From Camelus dromedarius (Eukaryota), in the NCBI RefSeq assembly GCF_036321535.1, contig NC_087438.1:7380001-7444000 (forward strand): a stretch of DNA of 64,000 nt, given 5' to 3'. This document shows positions 1 through 12,454 of the stretch, piece by piece. A model generated the notes under the pieces. That model had not been told where the DNA came from. It worked only from the letters and a program-made list of their open reading frames with translations, and ran no database searches. Position numbers and translations under genes: made by a program. Each line of letters opens with the position of its first letter. The first letter of the stretch is position 1.

Positions 1-48
1 CTGGTGGCAAATTGCTTACTATACATTCCTGTTAAAAACAACCACACA

Positions 49-157
49 GGGGGCAGGGGTTATAGCTCAGTGGTAGAGTGTGTGCTTAGCATGCAAAGGT
101 CCTGGGTTCAATCCCCAGTATTTGTATTAGCAACAATAACAACACACACACACACAC
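49..157 (+). mobile_element. tRNA-Ala-derived SINE (vic-1-like), tail converted to (CA)n
   Basis: TATAGCTCAGTGGTAGAG...GCTTAGCATGC...GGTTCAATCCCCAGTA (A and B boxes); TSD ACAACCACACA at 38-48 and 158-168. Confidence 0.9.
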
Positions 158-1571
158 ACAACCACACAACCTGAGGGTTGCTTTGAATTCTAGAAAAAGC
201 CAAGTCACTCAAAGCTGAGTCTGGGGAGCAGGGGGAGTGATCAAATTTGGATAAAGAAGGCATTTTTAGGTGAAAAATGAGGACTGCTTTGAAAGCAATC
301 AAACTAGTTTTCATATGTGACTCAACCTGAATTTTGTAAGCACCACGCAGATGTCTTGGCAAAGGCGGCTGCGTTACTTAAAAGTATGACTTCTCCAGAG
401 AGCCCATGACGACCTTTATTCAGATGGGCAAATCGAGGTATGTTTTTGAAAACCTAGTCAATGATTTATTCACAACAAGTACTGTTTGCAAAACAGATAT
501 GAACATACCAGAATGATCAAGGTAGCGTCCACCATTCTTTAAAAATGTCCTTGCTTTAGAAAGTAACAGATTCGTGTATGTGCTGACCATTTCCCACTTT
601 CTTTTCTTTCTGTCGTCACAGAAATAAGAGGCCCTGAGTCACAGGGCTTCTTGTACAAGATCAGCCCTGGTTCCTGGCATCTCAGAAAGGCACCGAATTA
701 GGGTATTGACCAGCCTCTCTCCTAAATGGATGCATTCAGAACATTCTGAGTCTCTATGGCCGACCCATTAGAAATCCATACAAAATCCATGCCTCCCCTC
801 CACCTTGTTAGCTGATAACCACTGTTTGATCCAGCTACGTATATGCCCTTGCAGCTGGAGGCCCACTGAAAAAAAGCAGAAGTCACCTGGCTTTTGCAAA
901 ATCTTTGGCTTTCCTGATAAAAGACACAAGCATGGCCAGAACCTCCTCTTCTTCCCCTTCTTGCTGTCTTTGAAGGAAGACATGATGTCTAGAGCTGCAG
1001 CAGCCCTTTTGAAACCAAGAGGAGACAAGACTGAGGATGAATATCCAGACAGGAGGAGGATAAGCCTGGGTCCCCGATGGTATTGTCCAACAGTGGCAGC
1101 AAGGCCAGCAGTCTTACACCTCTGGGCTTCTCAGCACACAGGAACCACAAGGCCGTCTGGTCCAGTGGTCAGCCTCTCTGCTTCCTGCAGGCAGACCTGG
1201 CCCAGCCTCACACACCGGTCACTTTTTTACATAACGAACACATGACAAGCACTGCTGTGTGGCAGGCAGGCAGGAAGGCATGGGCAGCAGAAGCGTTTCC
1301 CAACCTGAGCTGAGTCTGTTTGTTTAGAGGAGGGGTGGGAGGAACCACAGATCTTCGAGGCTGGTAGTTCTTGCCTTGGTAGAATTCCGGAACCAATAGT
1401 TCTAACATAATTACGACTTTCTTCTTTAAAATGCATTAAGGCAGTTGTATATTAACATTTTACATTTGCAAGTGACTCATGTGCTTAGGAAGCCATAATC
1501 TTCTTGAGGGTGGCGGGGAGGGGCTGGGATGCTGGTTAAGATGCCCAAGGGAGGGGCGAAAGGAATCTGGT

Positions 1572-1735
1572 GTTCAGCATGTGCCGGCTCTGTGCCCACG
1601 CTGACGGGAGACACCACTGACATCACTTCATTTAAGTCTCACCCTCACCATGACAAGGTCTTACTCCCTCTCCTTTATACATGTTGAACACAAGTCTCAG
1701 AGAGGTTGAGTCATTTGCTCAAAGTCACAGAGCTG
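1572..1735 (-). mobile_element. MIR fragment
   Basis: Core-like CTCAGAGAGGTTGAGTCATTTGCTCAAAGTCACAGAGC. Confidence 0.65.
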
Positions 1736-2360
1736 TTGGAACAGATCTCTTCCATAGCCCCAACCTCATACCTCGCACACGACTAGATTTGAGTCATGAA
1801 TTTTTGATGGAAAAAAGCAGAGAAGAGCCTAGTCCCAACCTTAGAAGCATATGATTTCTTCTGGAGGTGGCATGGGGGAAAAAGGTATGACTTTAGAGGC
1901 TCCTGAACTTTTTCTTTTGATGTATTAGCTTAAGAAAATTGCTCTGTTGCTCTCTGGAATATTTACAGAGAATGTGAATTATGAACTGTTGAAAGAGACA
2001 TTAATAGATGTGAAATTTTTGTCATGATTAAACTAAGGCTGTGTTCATAAGGAACAGACTGAAGGGGCCATCTGTTTAATCCTCCTCTCTTCTTGAGAGG
2101 ATTTAGCAGAATTATGACTAAGTAACCCCGAAGACAGTTATACCATAGTCTTTCTCATGTCAGATGGGTGGAGAGAGAGCTCAAGGTCGGAGTCTCAGGC
2201 ATAGTACAGAAATATCCATTACCCTGAAGTCTTTTTAATTAGCTTCATTTCTACCAAAAGAATCCTGGAAGCTGCACTGTGGCTCAGTGGGTGGATTCAG
2301 GATATGTGTAGGAAAGTTGGTGAACAGATAAGAGGTGAACAATTCTAAACAGGCATTTTC

Positions 2361-2462
2361 CTTTTTGTAAAAAATATTTTTTCATGGAGGTACTGGGAAT
2401 TGAACCCAGGACCTTGTGCAGGCTAGGTATGAGTTCTACCACTGAGCTATACCCGCTCCCCC
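2361..2462 (-). mobile_element. vic-1-like tRNA-Ala SINE
   Basis: Reverse-complement tRNA-Ala body with T-rich tail; degenerate TSD AAACAGGCATTTTC (2347-2360) / AAACAGGTGTCTTC (2463-2476). Confidence 0.9.
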
Positions 2463-2543
2463 AAACAGGTGTCTTCTGTGTCATTGTCTCAAATGGCCCT
2501 CCCCTGGAGGGAGCAGGGGGAAGGCAGAAGGTGAGGTGCTCCG

Positions 2544-2997
2544 TGTTATGGGTTGCGTCGCCTCCCCCCGTCCCATATTTGTATGTTGAGTCCTAACCCC
2601 CTGGGCCTGAGAACGTGCCTTTATTCAGATAGAGCTGTTGCAGATGTGATTCGTTAAGATGACCTGATACTAAGTAAGGTGTGTTTCTTATCCAGTAAGA
2701 TTGGTATCCTTACAAAAAAGGGAAATTTGGACACACACGGGGAGAATGTCATGTGAACATGAAGACAGACTCTGGGGTGAAGTGTCCACAAGCCAAAGAA
2801 CACCAAGATGGCTAGCAAGCCCTCGGAGGCCAGGCGAGACCTGGACAAGATTGTCCCTCACAGCCTCAGAAGGAACCAGCTTCACCCACGCCTGGATCTC
2901 GGGCTTCTGCCTCCAGAACTAGGAGATGATACATTTCTGTTGTTTGAGTCATTCAGTCTGTGATGTTTTGTTACAGCAGCTCGAGTAAACCTATACA
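2544..2997 (+). mobile_element. MaLR solo LTR (MLT1B-like)
   Basis: TGTTATGGGTT...CCTCACAGCCTCAGAAGGAACCAGC...CCTCCAGAACT...TTTGTTACAGCAGC...TACA, typical MLT1 motifs with TG..CA ends. Confidence 0.85.
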
Positions 2998-3583
2998 CCC
3001 CACAGAGAAACAGATTCTGATAACCTCCAGGACGTTACAAGGAGTTTTCCAAGTTGGAATGTTTGATCCTTTCTTCCCGATTCCTGCCTTCATTTAAAGA
3101 ACAGTTTTTGGGCCCTTGATACAAGTTGGGGAGCTTGCTAAGCCCTTTAGGAAACTGATCACAGCTTCCCTGCCCCCAGGAGTCCTTATTCTTGGGGAGA
3201 GAAAGAGCCCCCAAACCTGATATGTCATTAAGGCTGTCTCCATGCTCAGTGCTGGGGGACTGCAGAAGCATGTGCGTGTGTGAGTCATGTGGGGGTTCTC
3301 TCAGTAAATCTGTCACAGTTTTTGTCCCTGTCACTCTAGAAGGAGAGGCTGAAGGAGAGAGAAAAAGAAACTTGCAGAAGTGTCTCTTGGCTACGCCCTG
3401 CCAGGGCAGGGGTCTTGCTAGTCTTGCTGTCTCTGGAGAAGGTTTGGGTCTGCAGAGGGGCCAAGCGTTTCTAAGGCCTCTGCAACCTGACCCCTGGGGC
3501 CTGCTGACGGGGGCGGTCCTTGGGGATAGATTTATAGGAACATGCATTGTGAGACAGGGAAGAGGGTGGTCAAGGCATTTTTA

Positions 3584-3964
3584 GAAAAATTGAAGTGTAG
3601 TTGATTTACAATATTGTGTTAGTTTCTGGTGCACAGCATAGCAATTCAGTTACACATACATATTCATACTCTTTTTCATTATAGGTTATTACAAGACATT
3701 GAATATAGTTCCCTGTGCTCTGCAGTAGGACCTTGTTGTTTATCTAGGTATATATCCACAATGGAATACTACTCAGCCATAAAAAAGAATGAAATAATGC
3801 CATTTGCAGCAATATGGATGGACCTAGAGATGATCATACTAAGTGAAGTAAGTCAGAGACAAATATCATATGATGTCACTTATAAATGGAATCTAAAAAA
3901 TGATACAAATGAACTTATTTACAAAACAAAAACAGCCTCACAGACAAAAAAACAAACTTATGGT
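3584..3964 (-). mobile_element. 5'-inverted L1 3' end (3584-3746 minus, 3747-3964 plus)
   Basis: Both parts align to the L1 at 16509-17483; TSD TGGTCAA(G/A)GCATTTTTA at 3567-3583 and 3961-3977. Confidence 0.9.
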
Positions 3965-5164
3965 CAAAGCATTTTTACAAGAAAAATGTCAGAAACGACC
4001 TCATTGTTTCACAGTTGAGGATACTTTAATTGATTGCTGTATGTCCACATAACAGAATATTATGCAGGCATTGGAAGTTACATTCTGAGGGATTTTTAAT
4101 GCCTGGGGAGGCTGCCTGTGATGGGTGGGAAATACTGGGGTTCAAACAGTGCCTGTGGTGTCCTGAGACTTGGGAGCCTGGCCACCTTCCTGGGTTCAAA
4201 TTCAGACTCACCATTTGCTGGCTGCATGACCTTGTGTGGGCGCCCACCCTCCTTCCTACCTTGGCTTCTTCATCTGTAACGTGGAACAGCCAGAGTGCCA
4301 ACCTCGTGGGCCATGGTGTGATGTCAAAGGAGCTCTCGATACGAAGAGCTCTGATTTGTGGCATTTATTGATTTCCATGGAGGTAATATTTCCATCACAA
4401 CCATTGTCAAACTCCCGATGGTTTAATAATTGACTCACAAAATTTCTGAGAACTTAATAATCACCTTCACAAGCTAGTAGGGGTGAGGGGATGCTGGTTG
4501 AACACACCACGCTAGGGTTACTGTGAAGAGTAAATGAACACGTGCATACAACACTCTGAGCACCACCGAGCAAGAAAGATAAACATGAGCTATATTGCCA
4601 AGCTATTATACTTTGAGACGCATGACAAACATACAGTAGAAAAAGCGATGCATGTGCCAATGATGATGATGTATTATGAACCGAGGGTGATGGTTAACCC
4701 AACTCTGTACATCTGAGATCCAAAATATAATTTTTAAATACGTGTGTGGCTAAGGTGGAGTTCATCAAAGGGCCGAGCGAGGGATTGTGGGCAGCATGTG
4801 GCAGTCTGAGTCTCTCTCCAAGGTTTGCACAATGAACACATATGATGTAATCATTTCACTCAATTTAAAAGAGGGAGGAGTTCTGAAGATGGGGATGTCA
4901 TCTCTTTGGAGCAGGGACTAGGAGTAGAGCCCTGAGGGTGTTGGGGGAGGCCTGGCCAGAGGAGGGAGCCCAGGGTAGAGGCACCTTGGCTACTGCAGGG
5001 CCCAGCCTCTCACCCTGGCCGTTAGGTGGCTGGATTTTCAGGACACCTCCAGCCACTGCGATCTAAAGGGGAGAACTTCTCTGGGCATATCCTGCCTCTT
5101 GGACATATCCTGCAAAAGGAAGCCAGCCACCTTTTGGCCTGGGGCTGTGGGTGTTGCTGTTGGG

Positions 5165-5604
5165 TGTATGGGGTTGAACAGTGTGCCGCCCACCCCTGCC
5201 CAATTCACATCTACCTGGAAGCTCAGAATGTGACCTTATTTGGAAATACAGTCTTTGCAGGTGTAACTAAGATGAGATCACGCTGGAGTAGGGTGGGCCC
5301 CTAACCCAGCAGGATGCGCCCTTGTGAAGACAGAGCCACACAGAGGAGGCCAGGGGACAACGGAGGCAGAGGTTGGGGTAGCACGGCTGTAGGCCAGGGA
5401 GGCTCAGGGACGGCCAGCAGCCACCGGAGGCGGGGAGGGAGGCTGGGAGCAGGTACTCCCTCAGAGCCTCCAGAGGGAATCAACCCTGTGGACACCTTGA
5501 TCTGGGACTCCTGGCCCCCAGAACTATGAGAATTCATTCATTTCTTTTCTTTAAAACCACCCAATTTTTTGGCACTTGGTTACAGCACTTGAGAAAGGAA
5601 TACA
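5165..5604 (+). mobile_element. MaLR solo LTR (MLT1B/C-like)
   Basis: CTCAGAATGTGACCTTATTTGGAAATA...TCAGAGCCTCCAGAGGGAATCAACCCTG...GGTTACAGCA...ATACA. Confidence 0.85.
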
Positions 5605-7669
5605 CGGTCCGAGGCCGCTGTGCTGAGGCCGGCAGAGCTCCCCACCCTGGGCACTGGTCCCTGCCCGGCCCCCAGGAAGGCTCTGGGGAGAGTGGCCCCA
5701 GGTCACGGCTGCCCTGAAGGAGACAAAGCAGCCTCTTGAGTGCACCTGAGCCCCGGGCAGGCGCGGAGCGCAGCTTTCTGAGAACATCGTTCCTTTCTTC
5801 ACAAACCTTCCGATTTGCATGGAAAATGAATCCTTCCTGACCTATGTGATGCCCTGCCTGCACGATCCGAGTTGGCCCCCAACAATGCACAAAAGAGAAA
5901 GAGAGAGGAAGAAAAGATGCCTCAAGGTGAGAAGCAAGATGCTGACTCAGCAGGCCTTTCCCTGGGCCGGTGGGGGGCCGGTGGGGGCCGGGGTGTGGAG
6001 GGGCTGGAGCCCAGGCTGGCAGCAGGCGGCACCCGGGGCCCGCGGCCACCCTCTCTGGCTGTGCCTCTGGGCTCCCACCTGCCCCTCCGAGGCCGGGCCG
6101 CCTCCCTAAGCTCTCGCCCACACCCCACCGCTTCCCTTCCTCCCGCAGCTCGCTCATCGGGGATGATCGTCCTAACCCAGCAGCTTAATAGTCACTTCAG
6201 AACTAGATGGTGGAAGATTAAGGGCTGCTAATTTGGAACCAGGGACTGATGTTCTATTAAAAGCAGAGGCTTTGAGATCTGTTTAGTTTTTTAAAAGTAA
6301 GCCATTTTAGAAACTCTTCCTACACAAAAATGATGAAGTCAGTGGCATCTGTCCTCTTTCCGCACACGCTTCTTCTCTTGTGCCCCCTCTTTTCCAGCTT
6401 CTCCAACCCCTTCACCCAACATCAGGGCACAGAGGACACAGCTGCCACACCCAGGCCCCTCCAAACGGGTCATCGCCTTTAAAGAGATGCGCCCCATCCT
6501 TCTAGGAGTCTAGGGTCAGAGAGGGAAACGGGAGGAGAGGACCCCTGACCGTCCTGCAGTGGGGGCCCAGGGATCCTTAGGTGGACAGTGACAGAGGGTG
6601 CCCCGGAGGGGTGGGCGACTGCTGGGGTGAGCAGGCCTGGGAGACACCCGCCTTCCCTCACTCCGCATGCAACTGGACTCCAAAGAGGAGGCAGCTCTGT
6701 GGTGCAAAAATTAATGCTGAAGCTGGCTAGGAAAAGGAACTCCACTTACTTTCTTATCTCTATGCATGAACGAGCAACTGGGCAGCGAAGTAATTTTGTA
6801 GAGCAGCCGTGTGAACACACACACAGACACACACACAGGCATGCATGCCTTGAAGAGGAAATTTCTGGTTTTCTCAGCTCCAGAGTGAATAAGGTATGCA
6901 GAATTCAGGAGCCTGAGGGAACCGATTTCAGCTCCACTCTGGGGGCAGAAAAGACGTAGAGTCTTTTTTTTTTTTTTTTGGCTTTTTGTTTTGGAGATTC
7001 ACCCCAAACTTGTTTTTCTGCCCCATCATAGAAGCCTTTTAATGCATCAGCCAAGCTGTTCCTCCCTAGAAACCTCTCTCCCTGTGAGGAGGCCTCCTCT
7101 TTCTTGGTGGTAAATTCCAGGACGTTCACTTGGGGGCGTAAAACCTGCTGTGTAGCTACCAAATGAAATCGTGATGCTATGAAAGCCGCTGGGGCAGAGG
7201 AAACAGGGATGCAGTGAGGGCAGCAGAGGTGCAGAATTGCCCACAGACTCTGCGATGATCAGTCGTCACCAATGAAATTAGGAGCAGGGACTCCTGGGCT
7301 GGGGGAGCCTCTTGGCCCAAAGACCTCCATGTGGTGGAAGGACAGCCTCAGGACAGCCCTGCCCTGGCCAGACGAGCCTTGAGGCAACCCTGTCCTCTCT
7401 GACACAGGCCTGGAAGGGTGCCGAGCCAGTGGGGGACAGGAGGGGACAGAACCAGGACAGCTCAGCCAGGGGGACATTTGAGGGTAGGCTTCTATTCCAA
7501 CATCCTACCCTTCCTCAGCAACTAGAGGGGTCAGAGTGTCCTGAGGCAAATCCAGTGCTAACCCAGTGTCCTGTGGGTGGGGTGGAGGGACGGCGGCGCC
7601 CCCACAAACAACCCTCCCTCCGCCTCTGATGTCTTCTTTTTCTAACTCAGTCCCTTGAAGTGTAATACC

Positions 7670-7890
7670 ATTTATACTTTACATAATAGAATTAATAGCA
7701 TTTTATAATACTATAATTTGGTTTTATATACAGGATAATAATTATCTAGTATCATTTATAAATATATATTTATATATAGTATTAAGAGATAAAATTTATA
7801 AATATATAATACATATTTATATATAGTATTTCACACAGTATAATGTAATTTATAGGATTATGTAGTTTATACCATATACTGGTCTATAAT
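7670..7890. repeat. AT-rich low-complexity tract
   Basis: Degenerate (TA)n/ATTT runs. Confidence 0.8.
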
Positions 7891-9362
7891 TTTTGACAAA
7901 AATGTACAATTATGGAATTACCATCATAATCAAGACACAGAGCAGACCCACCCCTCCCTGCATAATTACGCCTCTTTGGAAGGTGGGCCTCCCCAACCTG
8001 CAACCCCCATCTTGAAGTGTTCCCCACCCCCAGCCTGGCTTCTCTCACAGACATTGTCGCAGGCATTGCGTCGCTGGCGAGCGGCTTTCTCAGGGTTCCT
8101 ATCCCTCCTCTAGTATTTTTTTAAGCTTAAAGATATTATTTATACCCAAACCAGACTTTATTTTAATTTTGCTTTCCAGGCTTTAAGAGAAGCAAACTCA
8201 GCCATAATATTTGAAAATATACTTTCTATTTACCTCATTTTCAACTGGGAAAATTGCTGTATTTGACAGCCAGTCAAGACCTGGAGATGGTCTTGAGTCG
8301 TTTTGAATTCACTTCAGCCTCCCCAAATGTGCTTTACAGGGCCTCCCTGGGGCTGGTATGATTAAAATAAACAAACAAACCCCAAAACATCAAAGTCCAC
8401 TTCCAAATTTAGATCAGGTGGTTCTAAGCAAAATTCCTGCCATATCTAAGGTCTTTTCATCCCAGATTGGACGGTCACCACGACTGCACTGAGCGGCCCC
8501 CTCCCGGGAGAAGGGCCCCTCAGCCCCACAGCCGATGGCGGCTTCGGGAGGGAATGAGGCTCTCATTACTGCTAATTAAAGATTTCACATGTTCCACCAA
8601 ACTGTAACCGGAAAGCGCGGCACATCATTCCTGCTGGTGCTTCTCTCCTGGACTTTTTTAAGCAAGCGCTTATATAATGCAGAGCTGGCTCGGTGCCGGC
8701 CCTGCTCACTCACAGCCCCCATCAGAGGAGCAAGGTGACATCTCCCTGGGGCCACGAGTTACAGAGGGAAGCAAACACCTCCGGAGGGACGCCTGTACGC
8801 CTAGTGGTCGTGTACAAAGGTCCCAGCGGGAAGTTCTCTTTCTAGTCCGGTGATAGTCTTCTCCTGGGGACCCTCCTTTCTGGCCCACCCCCAAGGCCTG
8901 GGGGAGTTGACTGCAAGGGGGAATCCAACTCCATCCCCTCAAGGAGGGACCAGCCCAGGCTACATTCCCAGGGGTCCTGAAGCCAGCAGGGCACAGAGCG
9001 GGGTCCCGCGCGACCCAGTCTCTGACTCAGTGCTGCTGCTCTAGATGGGGACACTCACATCATGCGGATTGTCCCCCGAACCCCTCCCACAGCACTACCC
9101 CTCCATCCTTCCTAGAGGTCCTATTGTCATTTGCCATAAAATACATGCCTAACTAAGATCAGCCTCCTCTGCCCTGCCCCCTACCTGCCGGTCCGGCCTG
9201 GGGCATGTGGGCTGGGCTCCGAGGATGCTGGGATTTGGGACAGCAAAGCCTAGAAGGAGCAAATTCAAGGTGGGGGGAGTGGCAAACACAGAGGCAGGAG
9301 GAAGAAAGACACGATGTGTTCAGATCCTTGTGACTCAGGAAGTTTGACTGCAGCAACCTCCC

Positions 9363-9640
9363 GAGAAGGAAACGGGAGTGGGGGGGGGGGGGAGGAGTAG
9401 GGGGGAAGGATGGAGAAAGCCGAGGGAAGGAGTGGGGGAGAGGCGAGGTTAGGAGGGTGAAAGGGGGGTAGTGGGGGAAAGGGGAGTGGTGGAGAAGGAT
9501 GGGGAGAGAGGAGGTAAGGAGAAGGGTCGAGAGGGGAGAGGGAGGGGAGAAGGATGAAAAGGGAGGAGAGCGGGGGAGGGAGGGGGAGGGAGAAAGGGAG
9601 GGAAGGGGAGGGGAGAAAGGGAGGGAACGGTAAGAGGGGC
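9363..9640 (+). repeat. G-rich polypurine low-complexity tract
   Basis: About 280 bp almost entirely G/A on the + strand with many GGG runs. Confidence 0.9.
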
Positions 9641-9809
9641 TGGGAACAGGCCAAGTTGGAGGAGCTCTGAGGCCCAGCTGAGGAGCTGAGATGTGGACCA
9701 CGTGTACCTCCTGCACCGACCCCTTTTTATTCTTCCTGCCTAATAACTAAATGAAGATTGCAGGAGGTGAGAGGGTTGCAGGGCCAGTCCCGTAGGAAAG
9801 GGGTGGGCC

Positions 9810-10050
9810 TGGGATCGCGTCTCCTCTCCCCATTGGGAGGGCGCAGGCCGGGAGCGCAGGGTCTCCGACCCCTGCCCCCGATGAAGCGCTGATTCTAAGA
9901 TGGGAATAAAGTACTTGACAGACGAACACGCTATGTGAGTCGGACGGGAACAAAGGGGCCCGCCCCCGCTCCGCCCCCGCTCCGCCCCCGCGGCTTCAGG
10001 CAGAGCGCAGGCGCGGAGCCGCGGAGAGCCGCGTCCACGCTTCCCTCGCT
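9810..10050. promoter_or_regulatory. Small CpG-rich promoter/enhancer-like element
   Basis: Three tandem CCGCCCCCGC(T) units (9960-9991) and an NRF1-like GCGCAGGCGC (10005-10014). Confidence 0.5.
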
Positions 10051-10195
10051 CATTGTTAATGTTATTGCTTATTACTTTTCATGTTGTGCTGCTTCCAGGG
10101 AGTCAGGATAAACATTAGCGTTAGGATTGCTTTGTGTCCTCCTCCCCCTTCTACACACAAACATGCGAACCAGTTCCTTTAAAAATAGACTGATA

Positions 10196-10454
10196 AGTAG
10201 ATAAACAACAAATTCATACTGTATATCACAGGTAACTCTATTCAGTATCTTGTAGTAACTTATGGTGAAAAAGAATATGAAAACGAATATATGTATGTTC
10301 ATGTATGACTGAAGCTTATGCTGTACATCAGAAACATGTACATCAGAAACATATGTACAGAAACATACATCAGGACACAACATTGTAAACTGACTATATT
10401 TCAATAAAATACATATATATATAAAATAAGTAAAATTTAAAAAGAAAAAATAAT
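10196..10454 (+). mobile_element. 5'-truncated L1 3' end
   Basis: TAGATAAACAACAAA...ACATTGTAAACTGACTATATTTCAATAAA plus A-rich tail; TSD AAAAA(T/C)AGACTGATA at 10181-10195 and 10455-10469. Confidence 0.9.
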
Positions 10455-11659
10455 AAAAACAGACTGATACAATTCAGTCTGGAGAAGCACACACTTGACA
10501 GTTAGCTTAGGGAGAGTTTATAAAAGCCGAGTCTGGTGAAACAGGTTGAATGAGGAGTCTCACTTTTGCACTGTGGAAAATTGAGTAGGCACGTACCTGG
10601 AGCTGAGGCATTTGCAGGTCATCCTGGACCACTGTGCTGGTTGGTCCCCACCATTTCTACTTCTCCAGTTGACTCTGAGACTTTCCTGGCCCTATTTCAG
10701 CTGCAAATTAGGCCAGCCTGTTTCCAAGCCCTGCTGCTGGGCGTGCCCCTGCTGTGTCTTGGGGAACTTGCCTCACTCCCACACCCTGATGGTCGCCTTC
10801 TGGGCCTCAGCTGAGTTGGCCAAGGGTGAGTGGGCAGCCAACCCAGGAGAGATCCCTGTGTGGCCTGCAAAGGAACTGGCACAGAGTGCCTTGACCAGTG
10901 AGGAGATCACTGGACCAATCAGCTTCCTGGTTCCTGGAATTCATCAGGCAGGAGCTAAAGGCATCGTCCCCTAGGGGAGCAGGGGCCACGGATCCCTGGC
11001 CCATCAGAGTGAGTGGGGAGATGGTATGACCGGAGAAGGATGTGGGGTGCAGGGTAAGAAAACCAGCCCTGGGGACGGCTACAGGAGACAGGACAGATAT
11101 GGCCTGACCTGTGACAGACAACCCTATGTCAGTTGCAGTACTGCCTTGACTTTTGGAAGATCCTATTACCTCTATGACTATACACTCTACCCCTGAATCT
11201 GAGGGGCCTGAGAGAGCCTCTGCCCCTTGGGGGGGGGCAGTAAAAAGAAAAATCAGCCTCTGCCAAGGTTTTTAAAATGCAGAATGGAACGGAGTCAATC
11301 AAGATCAGAGCCCTGGTGCCTGGTGGCTCCTGGGGGTGGGTACTCACCGCCAAGCTGATCTTGGCTCCTGCAGCTCTCAACCTTATACACCTACCGGCAT
11401 CCCACGAGTAGTTCTATTAACTCTCAGGTGAAACCCAACTCTATTCCAAGTCTTTACAGATTTCTCAAGTGCCTACTGTGTGCAGGGCACTAGGTGGGAC
11501 CTGTGGAGGATGCCAGGATGATAGATGTGGTACCCATCTTCCATCAGGAGAAACACAGGAAGGAGACAGTAGGGAATGCAGGCATCCTGGAGTCCCTGAA
11601 GGCTGCGTTAGTGATGGTGGCACATTACTGCTTATAGTTCTCTGATCTCAGCAAAGAGA

Positions 11660-12275
11660 CTAAGTAAGAACCCCGCAGTGCACAGTGGGAAGGCGGACAA
11701 GGGAAGAGTAACATTACAGTGGAAAAGCCCGACAGATGCTTCCTTGGCCAAACAACCAAGGTCAACATCAACAGTGATAAGTCATGTTGATAGTGAGGAC
11801 CTTTGATAAGATGTGATGAAAATGGAATTTACCTCTATAGCCTTCCTCCCCCAAACCTATCATCCTTGTCTACTCATCAGAAAAACATCAGGTAAATTCT
11901 GATAGGAGAGCGTCCAACAGTATACCTGATGAATTCCTCAAAACTGTCAAGGTCATTGGAAGCAAGGAGAGTCTGAGAAACTGTCACAGCCAAGAGGAGC
12001 CTAAAGAGACACGACAGCTCAGGGCAGTGGGGGGGGGGGGGTCCTTGGGTGGGCTCCTTCAACAGAAAATGAATATGGGTAAAATAATTTAAAAAATTTG
12101 AATAATCCGTGGTTGTCAGTTAATAATAATGTATCAATATTGGTTCATTATTTGTAACAAATGTACCATGCTAATTTCCATACTAATAGGGGAAACTGGG
12201 TACAAGGCTTATAGGAACGTTCTGCTCAACATTGCTATACATCTAAAACTGTTCTAAAATATAAAGTATTAAAAC
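11660..12275 (+). mobile_element. Old L1 3' UTR (L1MC-like)
   Basis: CAAAACTGTCAAGGTCAT...GTCTGAGAAACTGTCACAGCCAAGAGGAGCCTAA...TGTAACAAATGTACCA...TCTAAAACTGTTCTAAAAT. Confidence 0.75.
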
Positions 12276-12282
12276 CCAAAAC

Positions 12283-12454
12283 CTGGAAAACCCTGCGGGA
12301 ATGAGGTTTGGGATGGCCAGTCTGTGAACCAGGATCTCTGCTCTCCAGGTATTTTGACAAGCTCTTCAGTATCTTTTTTAACAAAGCCCTTTTCTGCTTA
12401 AACCAGCTGCAGTGGGAGTTCTGTTGTTTGCAACCAAGAACCTAGACTAATACA
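12283..12454 (+). mobile_element. Old ERVL LTR 3' fragment (LTR33/LTR16-like)
   Basis: Terminal motif CTTTTCTGCTTAAACCAG...TTCTGTTGTTTGCAACCAAGAACCTAGACTAATACA. Confidence 0.55.

Noticed and set aside
9159..9716. Pro/Ser/Leu-rich ORFs on the minus strand
   Set aside because: Artefact of translating the polypurine/polypyrimidine tract.
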